Part shown: positions 11,761 to 25,094 of the stretch, in pieces
How the letters are laid out: each line of letters starts with the position of its first letter
Numbering within the stretch: position 1 is the first letter of the stretch
Notes under the pieces: generated by a model
Databases searched by the model: none
Told to the model about the DNA's origin: nothing
Seen by the model: the letters and a program-made list of their open reading frames with translations, nothing else
Made by a program: the position numbers and the translations under genes
Assembly (NCBI GenBank): GCA_951406725.2
Contig: OX597815.1
Span: 169,136,001-169,200,000, forward strand
DNA length: 64,000 bases
Source: Octopus vulgaris
Lineage: Eukaryota
Reading direction: 5' to 3'

Positions 11761-14587
11761 ACCACGCATCAATTTTAACGTCTAACGCCTGTTATTCCAT
11801 GCTGACTGGAGTTATGCGGACGGATGAAACAATGCACAGGCGCGCGTAAATGCGTACGTGCTTGTTTTTGTTACTAATAAATTTGTTTTCCCTTTTTGTT
11901 AATAGCTTTTAGCTTTTGAAAATATATTTTTTTTCAAGAAGTATTCTTCGATATTTTTCTGTTTTGCCATGTCCTGGACACGAATTTACTAGCAGTTAAC
12001 TTATTTCCCTAGCAACTAATCGTCTGAGGAAATCCTCGCATTGTTCGGTTGCTACTGTATTTATTTATTTATTCATTCCACACTAATTGATCTTTCCAAT
12101 TCATCATTGTCATATTGCAGTGTTGAAGTTTATGCAAATTATACAAGCCTTGTCTAGATTGTTTTCATAGACTACCACATTGTTTTTGTTTTTCGTCAGA
12201 TCAAACCGGTTTTCATAAAGTAATTATACTGGCGTCAGTTCAATTGATGAATCCTTCATCTTTCATGAGATGCTGAGAGAAAAGGAGAGAGAGAGAGAGA
12301 GACTCTAGTGTTCAAAATGATCAATCATTGTTTTTGTTTTTATAGACTCTACGATATTGCTTCCAGGCTTTTCTTTCTGTCTACCGAACCTGGCCTTTGA
12401 TTGGTCCGGGGCGGTAGTAGAAAACAATTTGCCCAAGGGTGCCCCGCAGTAGGACTGATCCCGAAACCACGTGGTGGATTTTGGTAGTCAAAACGAAAGG
12501 TGTTTGTCGTGTGTATTTTCGATATGATACTCGCGCATCGTCATGTATCATCATTTGACGTCCGCTTTCCATGCTAGCATGGGTTGGGCCATTTTACTGA
12601 AAACTAGTAAGTCGGGAGTGGGGGGTGGCTGCACCAGGTTCTGATCTGATTTGGCAATGTTCCTACGGCTGGATGCCTTTCCTAACGCCAACCACTGAGT
12701 GTAGTGGGTGTTTTTTTTATGTACCACCGGCTCTGGTGCCATTGATCGACTACTATGGTATCACTTAGCTTGATAGGTCTACGTAAGCACGGTATATCGC
12801 CAAAGGTCTTGGTCACCTGTCACCATGCGACTCAATTATCGAACGGTGCTTTTTACGTGCGAGCTTCTTTCAGTTTCCGTCTATCAAATTCACTCTCGTT
12901 GCTTCGGTCATCCCTGGGTTATAGAAGACGCTTGCCCAAGTTATGAAACTGGAAATTGAACCCAAAACCAAGTGCGTGTGTGTCACTGTCATACAGAATC
13001 ATTTCGTATATATTCTGCAAAAACGGATCTGGTCATTGAGATATATTATTTTGCTTGGAAACACGTCAGGATTGGTGACTGGAAGGACATCCACCCGTAG
13101 AAAATAATCCTGAAGCTCTGGCTCATACAAGCATGGAAAAGTAGACGTTTTAACAATTATTATGTTTATACTTGGGTTTAGTGTGGGGGTGGGGATCATG
13201 CTCTTATCTTTAAGCCCTGTAAACTCGACAACAGTGCCCTATGATAGGCATTATTTTAATCTTAGTTTATGTAATTTACAATAATTTCACGTCCTGCTTG
13301 ATGATCTTAAACAGAACTATGAACATATTAGTAATAGCTTTTGCCAGAGTAGTGTTATGAAATCGTTGTCTTTACTACGCTTTAATTTAATATTTATAGA
13401 TTGCTCTCAAGCTATATTAATGTAATTATGTCCGTTGTATTCAAATGTCAGTAACAAGTGATAAACAAAAGGATGAATAATAAATTTAAAAAAAAAACCC
13501 CTGAATTTAAAATGTTCAAATGCTACTAAAACCCATCTTTTTTTTTCTTTCGGATTACATTAGCTGTGCTCCTTTTTTAAAAAAAAAGTATGATGTATCG
13601 TTTAAAGATTGGTTGCTATTTCTAGCGTACTGAACAACTGCTTCGTGGTTTTGTTCCCTCGTATGCTTGAATAAGCAACGTGTAGTTTCCACGTTCACCG
13701 AGGTCATTGTTATTGAGTTAAAAGAATAATTAGAGCTATGTAATATAGAAATGATTGTTTTGTTATGAATTTGAAAACGTTTTCTTTTTTAATCGATGAA
13801 TAATTGTACAAGTAAGCTTTCGAGAAGGTCTTGAGAGAATAAATGTAGGTTGACTTGACCACGTGTACGCATTTTAGTTTGGGTATGAGTGAAAATGTTC
13901 CGGCTTACACGTCCTGCCTTCTCTTCAAAATCTGCTGATTTGGATTAAAATAGAACGGCATGTAAGGCAATTAGAATAAAGTAACAGCTTGTCAGTCAGT
14001 AACTTCTTTGTCGTAGTTTTTTTTCTCTTTTCGATACTATGCATGCATTTGTATTTAGCAACATCATTCAATCTTTTGAAAGTAATCTTAGTCATATCTT
14101 TATTATATATATTCTTGCGTGGAACGTTAGTTTTTACTGTTTATAAACTTTTGTAACATTTGGTTAATGTTTGAGTGTTAAAGATTATTTCCTCTAATGC
14201 ATACGAACACTGCTATTTCAGCTGTATTTAGTTCAGTCAAGTCTCTAATTCCTGAAAAGAAAAAGCACTAGTCTGAATGTCGGATTACTCGTCTTTGTCA
14301 CAATAAACCAGTATAAGACCCTTTGCGTGAATTGACTCAAAATCTTAAATACTATTTGATTTTAAACTTTATTCTACTTCCCTGTGCTTAGGCTGAATAA
14401 TATCATTCCTATGTTACATTATAACTTTCTCCCGTAATTGATACAACTGCATTAATACAAACTAATATAATTACAGAAAACTTTTTGTAGGATTCTCTAA
14501 AGTATTGTTTGTTAAACTAAAACGTTTACTTTAGTATTTTTATAGTTTACATCTATCTGTTGAGTAACAAAGACTTTTTTTTTCCAG

Positions 14588-14656
14588 GTGTTGTCATTGA
14601 AGCTACATCCTATAACAAACTTCTCTCTCAATTTGAAGAAATTGTAGCATCTTCGG
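14588..14656 (+). CDS. PPRC1: PGC-1-like exon 3 (SVVIEATSYNKLLSQFEEIVASS)
   Basis: TTTCCAG acceptor, GTAAGG donor, phase 1/1. LLSQFEE resembles the LLEQFE-type motif I recall from invertebrate PRC/Spargel-like proteins. Confidence 0.75.
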
Positions 14657-16938
14657 GTAAGGGATTTTTGTCTAGATATTTTTCAGTTTTATTAAAAAAA
14701 CCCAAAAGACCACCAAAATACTTCATGCCTTATTTCACCTACTACCGGTTTAAATCGAAATGTAAAAAAAACAAAAACTAGTACATCTATTGATTTTTGT
14801 CCGTCAACAAAGTTTTATTGTAACTTATGTAAATTTTGTTTTGAAAATTTGCCCTGATGGGTGGGGGGTACTTAGGCGTTGTATGTAATAGGCAGCGAAG
14901 GAAATGGGTATTAGAGACGGGCATTATTTTAAGGTCTAAGAAATTTGAGTTGGAAAGGTGTGACTAGAGACTATCAACCGCTCATGAACTGAAAAGCAGG
15001 GGATTGTCGTGCCCATGCCTACCCATCCCCTCCTTTTCATCGCTGCTATATCAAGAAAGGCATTACAACTTTCTCTGCTATTTATAATTTATACAGAACA
15101 GATGACACATGGCAACATGAAATTTTTTTTCTTTAGTTTAGTACCTCTTGCTCAAAGTTCAAATGTCGCACTCATCCCCTCCCCTCCCAATTAAACAATC
15201 AGTTCTTAATTACAATAACATATTGTTTCAGTCATTAGACTGCTGGAGTAACTCGTTGTAGGATGAACGAATCAAATCCACCTTTTTTTAAATTTTTTGT
15301 AAAACCTGGTACTTATTCTATCTTTTTGTCGGACCGCTAAGTTAGAAGACGAGAAAACAGCGTCATCGGTTGTCAAACACAAAGAAACACACACACGAGA
15401 CGAGTTTCTTCGTTTTTTTCTGCAAACTCCACTCTTCAAGCTTTGGTCAACCCGAGGTTATAGTAAAAGACACTTGCCCAAGGCGCCATGCAGAACCATG
15501 TGATTTGGAGGCAAGCTTTGGTCAACTCGAAGTTATAGTAAAAGACACTTGCCCAAGGTGCCATGCAGAACCATGTGATTTGGAGGCAAGCTTCTTACCA
15601 CAGCCACTAGATTTTTACAAAAAAAAACCGGTTGATAGTGAACTTGAAGTTTAATAAACATGTACTCTTCTAAAAAGTATTAAGTAAAAATAAATGTGAG
15701 TGAATGAAATATGTAATCTCAAGATTGAAAGTTAAATTGATACAGTTAGATTGAATACGATCCACTTGATGATGTTTGTACTCAGATGAAAAACAAATTA
15801 AAACAAAAAAAACCCGAATACCATGCTTTTGGTGAGACAGATTTTATTTGTTCAACTTGAAAAGACATTTTATTGATAGCTGGTTAGCTGTGAGTGAGAT
15901 GTTTGAGAAAGCTAAAAATAGTGTCAGAAGTGAGTGAGTTCAGTAATCTGTTTGCAGTAGGGTTGGGATGTAAGCTTGGGTGTGTACACAGAAACTACTA
16001 CATATTGAAAGCATGAGCATTTTTAACAAGAGTTGAGTTGCGCCAAAGTTTGAAGAGGAACATGCCAAACCCAAATACGAGTTAGTTAACTAAATACTCA
16101 AAGCTTTGTAGTCTGTGCTAGCCAATTCATTACAGTTGCAGATACATTGCTGTTGTCCCATTATTATTTAAAAACCTGCTTTACATGATGGCATGAGCTG
16201 GCTGGTTTGATAGAATCCAGTGAACTTACAGAGCTGCTTCATGTCAGCTTAAGCAAGGTTTCTACGGCTGTGTGCCCTCCGTAATGCCAACCACTTTACA
16301 GTGCTTACTGGGTACTTTTTTCTTGCCACTAGCACTGGTAAGGTTGCCAAATAGCTTGCAAGCAGAAGGAAATGGGAAAGCCCCCTTGATTAAGAGGTGC
16401 AGCATTTGAGAGAGTGGAAAGATGTAGAGGTGTCTTGTGGAGAAGGTACATGGCTACTCTGCATATTTAGAGGTTTGGTAGCTATAAGTTGCCAGGCCCA
16501 AAACCTCGGGAAGCAAGAGAAGATAAAGGCAGTGGATCAGGAAGGGACAGTAACAGATGGTTAGATATGAGGGTAGAGGTGAATGTAGTGTGACAAACAG
16601 AAGTGGGAGGTGTGGCTTGGTGGGAAATTGCAGTATCATGTGGTAGTTCAGGGAATGGCAGATGTAGAGGTACATAAGGAGTAAAATAACAAAATTTTAA
16701 TGTCTCGGATGTAATACATTCAGTAAAGATCACATGTAGCTATAAATTGAACCATTGATATTATTTCGATTGCTTATTGAAAATAATTGGTAATTTTTGT
16801 CACCAAGGTTTGAAAATAAAATTTTTAGTTTTTCCATTCTTGGACAGATATAGTGATTTGACTAAATCATGAATTAATGTACTGCCATTTATATTTTTTA
16901 ATGATTTCTTTACCATTTATGTTTTCTTTTTAATCTAG

Positions 16939-16966
16939 ATTTTTCACCAGTGCAAGATTTAACAAG
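16939..16966 (+). CDS. PPRC1: PGC-1-like exon 4 (28-nt microexon, DFSPVQDLT)
   Basis: Pyrimidine tract plus CTAG acceptor, GTTAGT donor; required to convert phase 1 to phase 2 between exons 3 and 5. Confidence 0.65.
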
Positions 16967-18728
16967 GTTAGTATATTACTAAACGATTCAAATGTTTATT
17001 TTTCTATATTTATATAGCTTGGCTAGGTCTGGCAGCATCTTCCATATTTGTTCATCTTGTGGCATGATTTTTACAGCTAGAAGCCTTTTCTGTCAACTAG
17101 CTGACTTACAGTGTGTCTACAATAGGATTAAGGAGTCTACTCTGTTCTGTCAGTTTCTATTCAGTGCTACTGCTCTCCTAGATAAGTTGCCTTCACTGTG
17201 GTTTGCAGAACCTGTCCTATGTGTGATTTATCAATGAGTTTGTTTGGAATTACCAGCTTACTGGGCAGATTGCATTCACTGTGGCTGAAAGGCTATGTCT
17301 TCATGATGTAAGGAAGGAATTTGGTTATCATTGAGAGGAGTGGCATGTAGAACAGTGATTAAGAAATTATTTGCATGGAGACTGAAGTTTCTTGTCATCC
17401 TATATTAGATTTTTCAGTTTGCAAATGTGGGAGGGGAGGTATTCCAGTCACCTGAAAAGTCTTGGCTTACTGTCTGATTTATTCTTATCTGTTCAGCTGA
17501 ATTTTTCTCGTACTCATGTTAAGAATATAGTGAATTCCCTGGGTTCCTAACCAATAAACTATTTAATGTGTAATTTATCATGTCCACATTTCCATGATTG
17601 CATGGGTTGGATGGAGTTTATTGTGGCAGATATCCTATGGCCAGATGCCCTTCCTGGTGCCAACCCTTGTTTCCAAGTAGGGTTATATTTGCCAATAGCC
17701 AAACATGCTTTTGCACAATATTGGAACTGGCATTCATTTACAACAATTGTGATTTCAAGACACATGTGCATGCATACTCATACAATGTTTCTTTCAGTTT
17801 CTATCTATCATAAACCACTCAAGGAGCTGCGATCAGCTTGGGGTGTAGTAGGTGACACTTGTTCAAAAGTGTCACGAAGTAGGACTGAACCTGAAACCAA
17901 GTTGTCAGGAATCAAACTCTTTAACCAAGATAACTAGTATTGATCACAAAGACCTTACTAAATTGGATTTGATAAATTTCTTTTATTGCATCATAGGAAG
18001 AGGAAGAATTGGATGTGAATGTGAGAACTATGTTCTGTTTAGGCTTTTGAAAGAGATAGGTATAACAGGGGGGGTTAAGACAATACAAATGGAATATGTT
18101 GGCTTATATAATCAGCTAGCTTGCAAAACATTGTAGAGTGGAGTAAGGAGTCATGCTCCATATTTTGCAGAGGTACATATATTTAGGACTGCATTATCCA
18201 ATGTGTCCATTCAATTTTTAAGATGGTTAGCTGTGATTTAACCTTTTCTTGACCATATCTATAATGAAGTACATAACCTACGTGTTTCAAATAATGTGAA
18301 AGTAATCAGGAATTTGGAGGAATTTATTAAAACTTAAGTCGTTATTAGGCAAATGTTTGGAAAATAACAAAACTGAAATTGGGATAATTTTTATTTTAAA
18401 CAAGAAGTTTTCTTTCATAAAACTAAAATTGGCATCAAAAGGATTAATGGGTATCTGGGTGTTATTTCTCGCAAGTTGAGTGACTATATGAGTGTTTCCT
18501 CATTGGCTTAAAGATGCAGATGCAGAATACTTAAGTGGTTGCAGTATGTTAGTAAGTGTAGAATTGTCAATCAGGTTATGTAATGAAGATAAGCTTCTAG
18601 ATTTGTGTGCAGTTCTTCATTGAAAAATGAAACTTGTTGCTGAGAGTCTCTAATTCTTTGGAGTTTCAGCCCTTTAGCATTTAAACTGGTTATATCAGGC
18701 CCAAATATTCTACCAGTTTTAAGTTCAA

Positions 18729-18950
18729 CCCTTTCGTTACTGTATTTATTTTGAGATGCTCTGTGTTTTTTTCAATTACGTTAAATATAACAAAGAATTT
18801 AGCAAAATAACTTAGTTACCATTTAGCTACTGTTAGAAACATAAACTGTGACTAAAGTTTGGTGGATGATTTTAATTCAAAACTTATAAAAACAAGACAT
18901 TTGTACTCAGAGAGCCAGAGCTGGTTTCAGCTAGGTTGGTAACGAAAGGG
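18729..18950. mobile_element. Second piggyBac-like MITE nested in the first family
   Basis: Perfect 12-bp TIR CCCTTTCGTTAC / GTAACGAAAGGG with TCAA on both sides; a related copy lies at ~26402-26579. Confidence 0.8.
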
Positions 18951-19230
18951 TCAAATCAACCAGATCTGGCTTCTCACACCTATACGATGTCCTTGTCAAA
19001 ATATACAATCATGATTGAAATCTAGAACTAGTGAGATAATGCATAATTAAATCAAACCAATTTGAATAAATAAACATGCTTGGTAGATTAGTCTGAATGC
19101 TAAAGGATTTAATATTTTTTGTGGTCTCATAAAGGAATTGAATGTTTGATGCAATCTTACTTGTGTGATATGTATAACTATGACAAGTGAACAGCAATAC
19201 TAAACTTTTTTTTCTTTTTCTTATCTACAG

Positions 19231-19523
19231 CGCAAAGACCTCAAGTATTTCATTAATACCTACAAGTTTCCAAAATATTACAACATACAAAACTGATGGC
19301 GTTTCCCATCAAGCTCCAACTATTACTGTATCTGCGACTAGAAACGAAAATTCACTTCCAAGAAAATTATCACTAGTGTCTAATGGTATTGTAAAAAAAT
19401 TAGTTAAAAATAGACATGGCATTTCTGTGTCTTCATTACTCAGAGATCCTAGAGTCAGTAAAATGAAGCTTGTAACTGATGTGCAGTGCAATGGTACCAA
19501 TGCTGTTAATGGCATATCGAATC
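19231..19523 (+). CDS. PPRC1: PGC-1-like exon 5 (SAKTSSISLIP...NGISN)
   Basis: CTACAG acceptor, GTAAGT donor; lies in the frame of ORF 19187..19813; phase 2 to 1. Confidence 0.8.
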
Positions 19524-20442
19524 GTAAGTATTATTTCTTTGTATTCAGAGTATATCTTAAAATTGTAGGACATAAATGCAATGTAAATAATTTGGCGTGT
19601 TATTTTTACTATAAATTATTTTCTACAAGTATCTCTATATATAAATGGCAAAATGTGTGTCTGTCCTTTATAGAAATCCACAATTTTTCAGTTAGAGGGC
19701 TTGCACTTTCTATGGTCATTCAAAACCGTCCAAGGGTGGTCGTGCACATCTTTACATTTCCTCAGTCACTCCGCAAAGCCATTAAAAAATCAATAGAAGT
19801 GACTTTTTTGTGAATTTTCTATCCAAAACCCAATTGAATGCCAGCTAGCTGTATGTGATTGGTGGGAGATTTGGACAGTACCCACGTGTATGTGCACATG
19901 CACGCAGCTGTATATGCATGCACTAGCACTATGACCTGGCGTTGCTAGTGTAAAATACTGTGTTATATGTTTTGGGGGTTGATAACATTTTTCACTGGTT
20001 TTAATTAAAATATTTTTACATATTCAGTGTCCATAACTATTTGTTCAAGAGCTACAAAATGATGGGGGTAAGTTATTCACTTATGGAAATTTGGTCCCAA
20101 AACTGGCAGCAATAAACTCTGCTGAATGCACCCAAGAGACTTGTGGTGTTGTTAAACTGGGTAGCAGATTAAGACTACCACTCAAGAGGAGAAACATTAT
20201 CTCTGACAGGCTTCCCTGCAGTTTCCACCTACCAAATATCACTTACAAAGTTTTGGCCCACCTAAGGTTATGGTAGGAGATACTTGCCTAAGGTACCATG
20301 CATTGGGATTAAATCCCAAACCAGACAACTGAAATACAAATTTATTAACCATACATATTTGTAAAATATTATATATCAAATTCAAAGTATAATATCTAGC
20401 ACAGTAAAAGAACAGTGTTAAATATTTGCTTATAAAAAGGTT

Positions 20443-20745
20443 CAGGCATGGCTGTGTGGTAAGAAGCTTGCTTCCCAACCATGTAGTTCTGGGTTCAGTC
20501 CCACTGCATGGTGTCTTCTACAGCTTTGGGCTAACCAAAGCCTTGTGAATAGACTTTGGTAGATGGAAACTGAAAAAATGCCCGTGTGTGTATGTTTGTC
20601 CCCATAACTTGGCAGATTGGCAAAACAGACTGATAGAATAAGTACTAGGTTTACAAAGAATAAGTCCTGGGTTGATTTCTTTGACTAAAATCCTTTAAGG
20701 TGGTGCTCCAGCATGGCTACAGTCAAATGACTGAACTGTGTAAAA
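20443..20745 (+). mobile_element. tRNA-derived SINE family with internal (TG)n (representative copy)
   Basis: GGCTGTGTGGTAAGAAGCTTGCTTCCCAACC...GGGTTCAGTCCCACTGC head. Other copies at ~1-300, 5400-5703, 15225-15606, 27188-27600, 39860-40250, 51137-51436 and 63325-63725. Confidence 0.8.
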
Positions 20746-21084
20746 AAAAAAAGTAAATCATGTGGATTTAACCCTTTGGTGTTCAGATTATGCTTATTCA
20801 TTCTTGTTTTGAATTAATCTTGCAATTTCAAGGGGTTGTGATTATTCAATTCGAGAATGACATTGTGGAGTAGGTGTGATAGGTTAAAACCAATCAGTTT
20901 GAATGTAAAACAGAATATTTGGGCCAGATATAGTCAGTTTAAATACTAAAGGGTTGTGTGATTTTAAAACTACAAAATAAGAAAATGTCCACAAAAAAAA
21001 GTAAAGTTAATGCTGAGAAATGAATGTTATTAATATATCTTAATTAGCATTTTTTTTATATAGATATATATGTATATATTTCAG

Positions 21085-21511
21085 AAAACCAAGTTAATGT
21101 GGCATCAGTTACTGATGTTGAGAATTCAGATCCACTCCAGTCAAATGTGTTAAAGCCTGTCAGTTCTAAATTGGCTGGAAACCAAACAATTAAACCAAAT
21201 AGTGAAACTAACCAAACTGGAATCTCTGCAGTAAATGATACAAAAGACTCTATACCACCAATTGTTCTACCAGAATTATCTATTACAAGGCCAGTTAAAA
21301 AAAGTGCTTCAACAGATGAATTTCCAGATTTACTGAAACCTCAAAATTTAACGAGATATGTCGAATTAAGTTCATTAAAAAGTCAAGATAATAATAATAA
21401 TAATAATAACTCTTCTAAGAAGCAAACTATCCAGTATAGGCCCTATTATAGTCATTTAAGGGATCATGACTACACACTTAATTGTCCTAGATTTATTCCT
21501 AAAGAAAAGAG

Positions 21512-21544
<33 letters not shown>

Positions 21545-22921
21545 ATCAACAAAAAGGTCATTTATAATTCCAAAGAAAAAGAAAAAACTTAGTGATGACC
21601 AATGCTTAAATAATTCTGTGAGCAATAATTCAAACAAAGACTCAGATAACCCTAATACGCAGGAATATTTTTCTAATGATCCACAAACTAATAGCTTAAA
21701 TCTTGAAAATGAAAATTCTAGTTCTCCAAATATACAGACAGCTAATTCAACATCTTCACCCCTACCTGTTAGTTCTGATGATACAAAGGACGTGCTTCAT
21801 GAAGAAAAACGAGAAACAGCTGAAGTCTTTGAATCTGTTGAAAAACAGAATATATCGTCTTGTGGATTAAGTGCCCTACATGATTATGTTAGCAGTGAAA
21901 ATCCATTTGATTGTCGAAATGTCGACAATCATGATTTTCGTACTTGTGATATGTGTAAGGATTTCTTCCCGAAACCTAAATCTGGTGAGAAATGCAATGA
22001 TGATGTTTTCCCTGATGTTGTGCCCTGTCAGATGTGTTGTCACTTAAGTGAAGACAATTTGACTGCAAACTATGTAAAACATTGCAATGTGAATAGTCCT
22101 CTCGGTCACTTGAATCCCTGTGGTTTGTTGTCTTGTCCTACAGATGAAGCAATCAATGCTTGTATTTTTGATTATCCTAATGATAAAGAATTGCGGAAGA
22201 TTTCTTCTACAGACGTTGAAGGGATCTTAGACTCTGACATGTTAGATTTTACTAGTTTAAAAACAATTGATCAGAACCATTTTAATCTCAAAAATTCTCT
22301 GGATTTGTTGATACCACCTTCTTTAAGACACAATCAAAAAACTTATGAAAATTTCTGTAACTTTCCTAATGAAATAACAGTAAATGAAAACAATGATAAT
22401 CTAAAAGAAAGTATTTTAAATGAAAATGATTTTTTATTTATTTCTGAACCAGTTAAAACATCTGTAGATAGTTCTTCAACAATAGAAATTAGTGATCAAG
22501 CAGTTAATGAGAATACATCTAATAATGAAAACTCCCCCATGGAGGAGGATCCTGATGAAAAAGATATGAGTATAGACGAAGGATCAGATGATGATGAAGT
22601 TCTGTTAAATAAAGTGCCAACATATTTAAGTGGGCTATCAACAGAAGCAATTAACAACAAATCTAAGATTAGTTATCAATCTTATATTGATAATGGGATT
22701 GATACATCTGACTTTATCAAAGATCCTTCTCCTGAACATGTGACTGAGCTATGTAAGATCCCAGCATACCATCAATCTTTCAGCAATAGTACAAAGTATG
22801 ATATAAATTCCTCTTCTCTGGTTCGTAAATATCCTTGGAGTGAAAGAAGAAAAAGTGCGATACGTCATCATCAGCAGTTTGACTCCGATTGTGAAACTTC
22901 AAAAAGTTGTCTTTCATCGTC
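21085..22921 (+). CDS. PPRC1: PGC-1-like exon 6 (1837-nt low-complexity exon with DHDY HCF-binding motif and basic NLS-like run)
   Basis: Covers the 608-codon ORF; TTTCAG acceptor, GTAAGT donor at 22922. DHDY at 21462-21473, PKKKKK, poly-N/poly-T and acidic tracts. Confidence 0.92.
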
Positions 22922-24834
22922 GTAAGTATTGATTTATTTTCAGTGTACAGTCTTGTGTACAGTCTTATTGAAATTATGATCATTTGGTCTTCATCACTGA
23001 GATACTGAAAGTAAAGCCAACATTTCTATTTAAATAAATTACTAGGTACCTCTACTGAATTGGCTTTTGTTTATACCTGTTCACCATGAACTCAATATCT
23101 AATCATTACTGGCTTTATTGATCATCGCTATTGCAGTATTTTTTTTCCTTTTTTCATGTATATATAGCTAAAATTATAGTTTTTATAAAAGAGGCTGTGC
23201 TGAAAAGTTCTTGGTTATGGGTTAAAGAAAATACAGGAGGATTAGTTAATTATGATTTTATTCAACATATTCCACTCTCAGATTTATTCATTTATTGCAG
23301 CAGTCCTTCAGTTTTTCTAAGCCCTGTAACAGGACTCAGAAGGTTGGGCCTCCAACCAGGCCTTTTGTTAAACCCTTAAAGCCAGAAGCTTGTCAGCACC
23401 CCTTCGTATACACTCCACCGGATCACTTTTGCCCAGTGGTCATTCAAAATCATTTCTTTCTCAATTTCTTAAATTTCATTCTGTCCATTCTCTTGCATGG
23501 ATGGTTACAAAGATCCAAGCAGCTAACCTAATTTCTTTTCAAACAATGATCTACATTTAATTCCCTCAAGATTTATTTCATAATGTATTAAAACTCATCA
23601 TAAACTGATTTAAAAATAATAGTTTTTCATTTTACTTCCCCCCCCCCCCCCCACATATAAAAGGATTTTTGTTCTGTGTTCGGCTCTTCTAAACATAAAA
23701 GCCTTTTACCGAATTTCATTGGAATGCATTAAATAATATATTTTTATTTGAATTATTAAAGATCTACTACTGCAGTGAGCTGGCAGAATCATTTAGCCTG
23801 CTGGACAAAATACTTTTTTAGGCATTTCTAACAGTAATATAGCCTCTATGGTTACTCTGCCAGAAATAAAAGCTAATTCTCCTTCAAATTACACTATCAT
23901 CATTTAACATCTGCTTTCCATGCTGGCATGGGTTGGACAGTTTGACAGAAGCTGGCCAGCCAGAGAACTGTACCAGGCTCCAATTGTCTGTTTTGACATG
24001 GTTTCTGTGACTTGACCCCCCCCCCATGCCAACCATTTAACAGAGTGTAGTGGGTGCTTTTTATGTGGCACCAGCACTTTTTTCTTTAACAAAAAAAGGG
24101 TGGACACGTTCAACAGTATAGTCGTGGTTGGAATGTTTTAAATCCTGGATATATTCAATCTATTTATGATTCCTCACAATAATATGAAATGTTGCGATCA
24201 TATCTTTGGTTTTCCTGCATAAGACAAATGATACACTAATCATTTTAATTATTCTCTCTTAATTAGGCACATTCTTAACATGGTTAAACTATTTATTGCA
24301 TACTAAACTTTATATTTATGAGTCAAATGCATTATTTGCATGCTTTAAAGTAAAAACAAGTAACACTAGTAAGCAAGAAATGCTTATATCTCTACAGCTG
24401 TTTCAGTGGGTCGCTTTTTACTTGTAGTCTTTAAGGATGATTAACAGTACCTTTACTACACATCTTTTCAGTTTCCCAATTTTCTATGTGCAAACAGCTC
24501 TAGAATTATTAGCATATAGTTCACCATCTTCTGGCCTTTTATTGACATCTGTTATTGTTTAATCATGAAGTTTCAGTAGCTGTCTCAACTTCATGGTTCA
24601 AATCCAACTACAAGCTCTGCATTGTATTTTGGAGCTGGGTACATTATTTGTTTCACTTGAAACCATACATGGGCAACTGTTTTTCAAGTAACAGGCCATC
24701 CTATTAAAAAGCATTCAAGGTAATTTTCCATTTAGGCATGCCATTCAGTAAGTCCTGCAAGCCACAAGTTGCCCGTGGTTTAACTTCATGTATTTTATGT
24801 TGAAATGGTTGGCACTAGTTTTTCAGAAGTTTCT

Positions 24835-25056
24835 TTAACCCTGCAGTATTCAGGTTACTGTCAAATGTTGCACTTATTTCTTCACATTGTTTAGAATTAC
24901 TCCTGCATTATCTTGCAGCATCAACATTTTAATGATGTAATTATTTGTTGAATAACATTGTAGAGTAGGTGTGGGAGACTAGATCTGGCTGGTTTGAACA
25001 TAAAATAAGTAGAATATTTGGGCCTGATATAGCTGGTTTAAATGCTAAAGGGCTAA
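24835..25056 (+). mobile_element. piggyBac-like ~220-bp MITE (TTAA-CCC...GGG ends); abundant family
   Basis: Ends ttaaCCCT... / ...AATGCTAAAGGG. Related copies near 562-757, 18670-19106, 20768-20955, 25057-25784, 28572-28760, 42647-42845, 53198-53402 and 57018-57241. Confidence 0.75.
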
Positions 25057-25094
25057 CCATTAGCATTTAAACAGGTCATATCCAGACAATATTC

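Noticed and set aside
15437-15593. 75-bp tandem repeat as a CRISPR-like or coding repeat
   Set aside because: It is an internal duplication within a SINE; no spacers, and the context is eukaryotic.
19524-19813. 3' half of ORF 19187..19813 as coding
   Set aside because: It lies past a GTAAGT donor and runs into a Helitron-like repeat.
21099-22925. 608-aa ORF as a standalone intronless gene
   Set aside because: It starts at GTG and is bounded by a splice acceptor (21084) and donor (22922); it is an internal exon of the PGC-1-like gene.
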